64,000 bases of DNA from Phycisphaerales bacterium Planc_01 (GTDB lineage: Bacteria; Planctomycetota; Phycisphaerae; Sedimentisphaerales; Anaerobacaceae), in the NCBI GenBank assembly GCA_001603075.1, contig LVBB01000080.1, forward strand, positions 39,108 through 103,107, read 5' to 3'. Shown in pieces: positions 58,519-64,000 of the stretch (position 1 is the first letter of the stretch; each line of letters starts with the position of its first letter). The notes beneath the pieces are model-generated. The model was not told where the DNA came from and did no database searches. It saw nothing but the letters and a program-made list of their open reading frames with translations. The position numbers and the translations under genes are program-made.

Positions 58519-59868
58519 TCACGGGTCCAGATGGTATTCGATGGTCTTCTTGCGCAGGGTCTTGCGATCGATCCCGAGGATCTGGGCCGCTCGCGTCTTG
58601 TTGCCGCCGGTGCTGGCCAGGACGTTGCGGATGTGCTCGGCCTCCACCTCGGCCAGGGTCCGGTTCACGACGGTCGTACGCTGGGCCGAGAATCGCGCAG
58701 ACGAGGGCAGGTCCGGGACCTCGATAACCTCGTCGTCGTTCATGACGACGATGCGCTGGATGGCGTTCTCCAGTTCCCGCGCGTTGCCCGGCCATGCGTA
58801 GTCTTGCAGGGCCGCCATGGCCCGCTCGGAAAAACGCGGGACCGGTTTGCGCAGTTCCGAGGCGAATTTCTCGGCAAAGTGGCGCACCAGCAATGGAATG
58901 TCGCCGACCCGGGCCCGCAGGGGGGGCACCTCGATGGCGACGACGTTGATGCGGTAGTACAGTTCCTCGCGGAACACCCGGCTCTGAATGAGGCTCGGCA
59001 GGTTCTTGTTCGTCGCGGCGATAATCCTCACGTCCACCTTGCGCCCGCGCGAGTCGCCCACCATGCGCACTTCTTTGTCCTGGAGCACTCGCAGCAGCTT
59101 GACCTGCATGGCGACGCTCGTTTCGCCGATCTCGTCGAGGAAGATCGTCCCGCCGTCGGCGGTCTGGAAGAACCCGGCCCGCGATTCGTGGGCCCCGGTG
59201 AACGCCCCTCTGACGTATCCGAACAGCTCGCTCTCCAGCAGGCTCTCCGGAATGCCGCCGCAGTTGACCGGCACGAACGGGGCCGAGGCCCGGGCGCTGC
59301 TATAGTGAATTGCCCGCGCCACCAACTCTTTTCCGCTGCCGCTTTCTCCGGTGATCAGAACGGTCGCCGAGGTCGCAGACGCCTTGCGGATCGCCGCGAA
59401 GACCTTCTGCATCGCCTGCGATTCGCCGATGAGGCCGTGCGCACGCTCGGGCCTGGGCGCAGGCCGTCTGGCGGCCTCGCGCCTGCGTTTGAGCTTGTCG
59501 AGCACTCGACGGACCGCTGCGAAAAGTTCCGCGTCGGTGAAGGGCTTCGATACATATTCCTCCGCTCCACTCTTGATGGCTTCGACGGCGCTCTCCACGG
59601 TGGCGTATCCGGTGATCATCATCACGGCGATGTTCTTGTAGTTCTCACGGATGTGACGGATCAAGTCGATGCCACTGAGTTTGGGCATCTTCAGGTCGGT
59701 GATGACCAGGTCGATGGCGTTCCCGTCGAGAAAGCTCAGCGCATCGACGGCGTTGGGGGCGGTGTAGGTCATATACCCTTCGGCCGTCAGGCTCCGTTGA
59801 AGGACTTCCAGCGTGCTGAGGGTATCGTCGACGACGAGAATCGTCTCTTGGCGCTCTGGCGAATTCAT
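58519..59868 (-). CDS. sigma54-dependent response regulator (NtrC/AtoC family)
   Basis: Receiver (ILVVDD, ITDLKMP), [37 protein letters not shown], Fis-type HTH. Confidence 0.96.
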   Translation of the reverse strand: MNSPERQETILVVDDTLSTLEVLQRSLTAEGYMTYTAPNAVDALSFLDGNAIDLVITDLKMPKLSGIDLIRHIRENYKNIAVMMITGYATVESAVEAIKSGAEEYVSKPFTDAELFAAVRRVLDKLKRRREAARRPAPRPERAHGLIGESQAMQKVFAAIRKASATSATVLITGESGSGKELVARAIHYSSARASAPFVPVNCGGIPESLLESELFGYVRGAFTGAHESRAGFFQTADGGTIFLDEIGETSVAMQVKLLRVLQDKEVRMVGDSRGRKVDVRIIAATNKNLPSLIQSRVFREELYYRINVVAIEVPPLRARVGDIPLLVRHFAEKFASELRKPVPRFSERAMAALQDYAWPGNARELENAIQRIVVMNDDEVIEVPDLPSSARFSAQRTTVVNRTLAEVEAEHIRNVLASTGGNKTRAAQILGIDRKTLRKKTIEYHLDP

Positions 59869-61037
59869 GATTCCGACCTGTCCTCCCAGTATGGAGCCGG
59901 CTCGATGGGCAGTCGAATGGTGAAGGTCGTTCCGGCCCCCGGCGCGCTCGCCACTTCAATCGTCCCCCCATGCGCCGTGACGATCCCATGGACCACGGGC
60001 AGGCCCAGACCGGTTCCCTGATTCACCTCTTTCGTCGTGAAGAAGGGCAGGAACAGTCGGTTCTGGACCTCCTCGGTCATGCCCATTCCCGTATCTTCCA
60101 CGATACAGACGACGTGACCGTCGCGCACCTGCGTCCGCACGAGAAGTCGACCTCCGTCCGGCATGGCCTGAACGGCGTTCACGACGAGATTGACCAGCAC
60201 CTGGGTCAACTGGCCGGCATCACCCGCCAGCAGGGGCATTTCCGGGCACAGCGCGCAGGCCAGCTCGATGCCCTCTTTCTCGAAATGGTGCTTGAACAGG
60301 TCGATGGCCCCCACGATCACCTGGTTGAGATTCACTGGCCCTTTGAACGTGGGCGTCTGCCGGGCGAACAGCAGCAGCTTCTTGATGATCTCTCGGGCGT
60401 GCAGGGAGGCGGTTACGATCTTCTCGAGGTCCTTTCGGCCGCCGTCGGGCAGCGCCGCATTGCGCTGGAGCAACTGGGCAAAACCGAGAATGCTGCTGAG
60501 CGGCTCGTTCAGTTCGTGCGCGACGCCCGCCGCCAGTTGCCCGATGGTGGCCAGGCGGTCTGCGTGCATAAGTTGGTTCTGCAGTCGGGCCCTCTCCTCC
60601 TCCGCCTGCTGGTGTTCGACGACGACGGCGATCTGCCTGGCGATGGCGTTCAGCAGGCTCCGCTCGTCCTTCAGGAAGGGGCCATCCTCCGGACAGGGCC
60701 TTTCCTCTGTGTAGACGACCTCGACCACGCCTCGGCACTTGCCCTCCACGACTACCTCGGCCGCCTGTCGCCGCCGGCCCTCCTTGAAGCCGGACGTCTC
60801 ATACCGTTTTCCGTCCAGCACGATCCGGGCCGCGGCGATTTCCGGGTGCTGCCATGCCGGCGGAATCAACTCGACAATGCACTGAAGCACCTTGTCCGGT
60901 GATCCGACAGACCTCGCCGATACCCGGCTGATACGGTAGAGACAGCTCAACTCCTTCACGCGTTCGCGAAGCGCCTGAGCCGCCCAATCGGTGGCCTGTA
61001 AGGCGGTTTGCCCCTTGCCCTCTGCTTGTTTGCCCAT
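59865..61037 (-). CDS. Cytoplasmic histidine kinase (GAF-like N-terminus)
   Basis: No TM helix; LRERVKEL.CLY...IPPAWQHP; H-box AHELNEPL; NLVVNA; DTGMGM; GTGLGL. Confidence 0.93.
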   Translation of the reverse strand: MGKQAEGKGQTALQATDWAAQALRERVKELSCLYRISRVSARSVGSPDKVLQCIVELIPPAWQHPEIAAARIVLDGKRYETSGFKEGRRRQAAEVVVEGKCRGVVEVVYTEERPCPEDGPFLKDERSLLNAIARQIAVVVEHQQAEEERARLQNQLMHADRLATIGQLAAGVAHELNEPLSSILGFAQLLQRNAALPDGGRKDLEKIVTASLHAREIIKKLLLFARQTPTFKGPVNLNQVIVGAIDLFKHHFEKEGIELACALCPEMPLLAGDAGQLTQVLVNLVVNAVQAMPDGGRLLVRTQVRDGHVVCIVEDTGMGMTEEVQNRLFLPFFTTKEVNQGTGLGLPVVHGIVTAHGGTIEVASAPGAGTTFTIRLPIEPAPYWEDRSES

Positions 61038-61274
61038 CGGAATCCGTCTCGTCTATGCCATTCTCATGCGGTTTTCCAACGATGTACTCTGTCCAGTCCT
61101 GTCCTTTCCCGACAATCCTGTGGGGCATGCGGAGTCACCTTATCGTACCGGGCCGCCTGTGAAATAGCAAGTCTCGGTCCCGATCCGATGCCCTGTGGAC
61201 AGCCCTGCAGCGTCCCGGCCTCGGCCACGCCGGCCGGTGCTCCGACGCGATGCCGAGAGGCGTGGGATTCTGTA

Positions 61275-61302
61275 TTGACATTCGGGCCGACGGATATATG
61301 AT
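61275..61302 (+). promoter_or_regulatory. sigma70-type promoter
   Basis: TTGACA-16bp-TATGAT upstream of 61390. Confidence 0.5.
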
Positions 61303-61389
61303 CGAACCGATAGCGATACGCAGCGAAGTGCGACCGGACCATGCGGGCCGGGGGTCTCTGTCATGAGTTGAGAGGCGGAGTCGTCATTC

Positions 61390-62154
61390 ATGCGGACGGT
61401 AGGCAAAAGGCGGGAAACGGGACGGTTTCGTCGAGGGGGATTCACCCTGGTCGAGTTGCTGGTCGTGGTCGCGATCATCTCTCTTCTGATGTCGCTGTCG
61501 CTGCCTGCCCTGACCCGGGCGCATCGGCAGGCCGAACAGGTTCACTGCCTGGCCAACCAGCGACAACTGATGCTGGCCTGGCTGCTGTATGCACCGGACC
61601 ACGATGACAGACTCTGCACGCCGAATACCTGGACATCGAACCTCAAGGCCTATCTGCAGTCGGAGGACGTTCTGCTCTGCAAGACCGACGATGACGGCAA
61701 CCAGTCCAATTCCTATGGCCTCTCGAATACGATGGGGGGGGACAGACGCGATGGGGTCACCCCCTTTGTCCGTCTGCACCAGGTTTCCGGCTCCAGCGCG
61801 AAGATGGTCTTCATCGACAAGGAACGCCGGGGTTCGAATTGTTTCTGGCCGCTGGTGCGGGACGACGACCGGTGGGTGTGGCGTCCGTGGTCCTGGCCGC
61901 CCGGATTGCAGGGCCTGACGAACCGGCACCACAACGGGTGCAACGCTTCGTTCGCCGACGGACACGGCGAATGGATTCACTGGAAGGACGATCGCACGCG
62001 CAAGCTGATCCAGGGCCGGATCGCCGACCACGAGGAGGGGTCGGACAACAACCCCGATCTTGAGTACATGATCGAGACGCTGACGGTGCATCGCATCGCG
62101 GATCCCAATGCGTTGGAGGGTCGCAGCGCCTCCAAAGGCGAGAGCGGAGACTGA
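61390..62154 (+). CDS. Prepilin-type N-terminal cleavage/methylation protein with H-X9-DG domain
   Basis: GG-FTLVELLVVVAIIS; RHHNGCNASFADGH. Confidence 0.9.
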   Translation: MRTVGKRRETGRFRRGGFTLVELLVVVAIISLLMSLSLPALTRAHRQAEQVHCLANQRQLMLAWLLYAPDHDDRLCTPNTWTSNLKAYLQSEDVLLCKTDDDGNQSNSYGLSNTMGGDRRDGVTPFVRLHQVSGSSAKMVFIDKERRGSNCFWPLVRDDDRWVWRPWSWPPGLQGLTNRHHNGCNASFADGHGEWIHWKDDRTRKLIQGRIADHEEGSDNNPDLEYMIETLTVHRIADPNALEGRSASKGESGD

Positions 62155-62159
62155 GTTCT

Positions 62160-62756
62160 ATGGCGCTGAAAATCCCCGACCTGCTGCAATACGAGATGCG
62201 ACATCGCCTGGAGCGCGTACAGAGTGCGTTCGAGCGGTGGGGCCTGCGGGAGTGGATCGACCGATATGCCTGTGCGGTGATCGTCGTGGCGTGCCTGAGC
62301 GCGGCACTGCTCGGCTTCATGCTGATTCGGGTCCTGTGGCCGGCGCGTCCGGCGCCGGTTGTGCAGAGTCGCCTGGCCTGGTTCTACGACGCCAACACGG
62401 GCCGGCTGTTCACCGGCAGCTTCAAGCAGGGCGGTCCGATTGCGGCTCCCTCCGGCCCGCTGCCCGAGGGAGGGCCCGCCGGCTTTCGGGCCCACGTTTA
62501 CAGCTACGTGCTCGAACCGCGCGAATCGGAACTCTTCATCGGTCTTCTCGAACGGCCCGACCCTGCCGTCGCGGCCAAGGCGGCCGCGTACGACATGACG
62601 GATTTCCAGGCCTGGGCCGAGGGGCGGCTCATCAAACGGGTCAAAGATGATCGTTGGGTCGCTGCCACCAGCGCCGAGGGTCAGGCGATCCTGCGCGACC
62701 TGCTGAAGCCCGACGCCCAAGGGCGAACGCCGCTCTATCAGATGCCTCAGCCGTGA
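62160..62756 (+). CDS. Single-TM hypothetical protein between prepilin-type genes
   Basis: One TM helix; AWFYDANTGRLF...GPI.APSGPLP.GGPAG.RA.V segment. Confidence 0.75.
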   Translation: MALKIPDLLQYEMRHRLERVQSAFERWGLREWIDRYACAVIVVACLSAALLGFMLIRVLWPARPAPVVQSRLAWFYDANTGRLFTGSFKQGGPIAAPSGPLPEGGPAGFRAHVYSYVLEPRESELFIGLLERPDPAVAAKAAAYDMTDFQAWAEGRLIKRVKDDRWVAATSAEGQAILRDLLKPDAQGRTPLYQMPQP

Positions 62757-62769
62757 AAGACGAAGCGCC

Positions 62770-63837
62770 ATGAAGAAGGCATTCACACTCGTGGAGATTC
62801 TGGTGGTCGTTGCGATCATCAGCCTTCTGCTGGCCCTGAGCCTGCCGGCGCTGCGGCGCGTGCGCGAACAAGGCGATGAAACCGTCTGCCAGTCGAATCT
62901 GCGCCAGCTCGCCATCATGCTCCAGACCTACACCAACGACCACGACGGCCTGTTTCCGCGTGCCGGTGGCCTGTTCCACTCCCGCGTCTCGTTCTGGCCG
63001 CCCCACGAGCCCTACAGGCCTTACCCCACCTGCTGTCGCTGGCACGATGCGCGAATCGGACTCGAAAGCCCGATGATGCGCCACGAACGCCCGGAGATCC
63101 GAGGTACATTCTGGCCGTATCTTGGAGATCCACGGATCGTGCGCTGCAAGGTCGGCGTGCGCGCCAATATCGAAAGGGGCTGCCACAACTACTGCCCCCT
63201 CTGTGCCCACGACCCGAGCATCGACATCGTGCCCCAGTACACCTACGGCATGAATGCCTATCTCGGCAGGGACATGCTTCGCACCGGCCGCTCTGAGAGC
63301 GGACAGCTCGGCGACGCCGTGGACAGACGGACCATTCGACAATGGTCGGTCCACCGCCAGACGCAGGTGACGCGCAGCCCATCCGACGTCTTTGCCTTCG
63401 GCGAGGTGAACTCCTGGGCGATCAACACCGAAGGACGCCAGCCGATCGGCCTCCAGCCCCAGTGGGCCGGGCCCTGCAACCTCAGCGGCATCTACTACCG
63501 CGGTCAAGACCCGCCGGGCATGGACGGGACCCTCAAGCTGCCGTCTCTGAGTATCGGCGAGAGCTTTGAACTCGGCGGTGGGCTGAGCCGGCAGGACAGG
63601 CGCTTCACCGGCGATGCCTTTGCGACCTGCCATCGCCCGCACAAGGGCGATCTGAACACCGGACATTCCTATGTCGTCATGCTCGACGGCCACACACAGA
63701 AGGTCACCGTTGACGATCAGCTTCGCGCCAGTCGGCGGGGCCCGTTCTCGGGCGAGAGCCGTCTCGGGCCGGGCGGCAACCTGACCCTGGCCTGGCCGAT
63801 CGACGTTCCGCCCCCGGGCGGCTGGGAGAACCAGTGA
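62770..63837 (+). CDS. Prepilin-type N-terminal cleavage/methylation protein
   Basis: KA-FTLVEILVVVAIIS; C-terminal CH...YVVMLDGH (H-X-DG with insertion). Confidence 0.88.
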   Translation: MKKAFTLVEILVVVAIISLLLALSLPALRRVREQGDETVCQSNLRQLAIMLQTYTNDHDGLFPRAGGLFHSRVSFWPPHEPYRPYPTCCRWHDARIGLESPMMRHERPEIRGTFWPYLGDPRIVRCKVGVRANIERGCHNYCPLCAHDPSIDIVPQYTYGMNAYLGRDMLRTGRSESGQLGDAVDRRTIRQWSVHRQTQVTRSPSDVFAFGEVNSWAINTEGRQPIGLQPQWAGPCNLSGIYYRGQDPPGMDGTLKLPSLSIGESFELGGGLSRQDRRFTGDAFATCHRPHKGDLNTGHSYVVMLDGHTQKVTVDDQLRASRRGPFSGESRLGPGGNLTLAWPIDVPPPGGWENQ

Positions 63838-64000
63838 ATTTCCCGTCGCCTCGCCGCACGCTACATCGCTCCGGCCCATTGCTCCGTACCTGTGAATAGA
63901 ATGGAAATGCGTCGAGGCATTTGGTATCTTGCGCCGTTCGTGTCTCGGATGCGGCACGGCAATGGATCATGGACCCAACGGAGACGGAAATGGAGCATAA

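Noticed and set aside
63990-64000. Possible start of another CDS (ATG GAG CAT AA) after a GGAG RBS
   Set aside because: Only three codons lie inside the window, so it cannot be supported.

Overview
GC-rich bacterial chromosome segment, most likely an anaerobic planctomycete (Phycisphaerae/Sedimentisphaerales-like). This is inferred from several prepilin-type [10 protein letters not shown]9-DG genes, HEAT, STN and TPR secreted proteins, and kdsB-pyrG coupling. About 55 CDSs. Housekeeping genes are typA, prfC, pyrG, kdsB, fucU and zupT. Transport genes are MarC, MFS, TRAP dctPQM plus a USP, and a CPA2 antiporter. Other clusters are MoxR-DUF58-transglutaminase, an ECF/anti-sigma/YbjQ/NfeD/SPFH/zinc-ribbon operon, and a secreted TPR-CBM9-LamG protein co-encoded with a histidine kinase and two tandem OmpR regulators. 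The best candidate novel system is a sigma54-driven redox operon at 51.4-58.2 kb: a small twin-Cys-motif protein, NuoE fused to zinc ribbons, a NuoF-GltD fusion, a truncated NuoG-like protein, and a stand-alone FMN-domain GltB. It has a complete -24/-12 promoter, an IHF-like site, a palindromic enhancer and an adjacent kinase/NtrC pair. Other oddities include a CinA with a signal peptide and altered catalytic motifs, a 24-aa lipoprotein ORF with its own promoter, an orphan copy of a gene 3' tail, two toxin-antitoxin loci that keep only the toxin's C-terminus, PyrG with His-Pro-Cys instead of His-Pro-Glu, and nested REP-like palindromes. No rRNA, tRNA, CRISPR array or transposase was recognised. 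Family names come from motif recognition by eye, not database searches.
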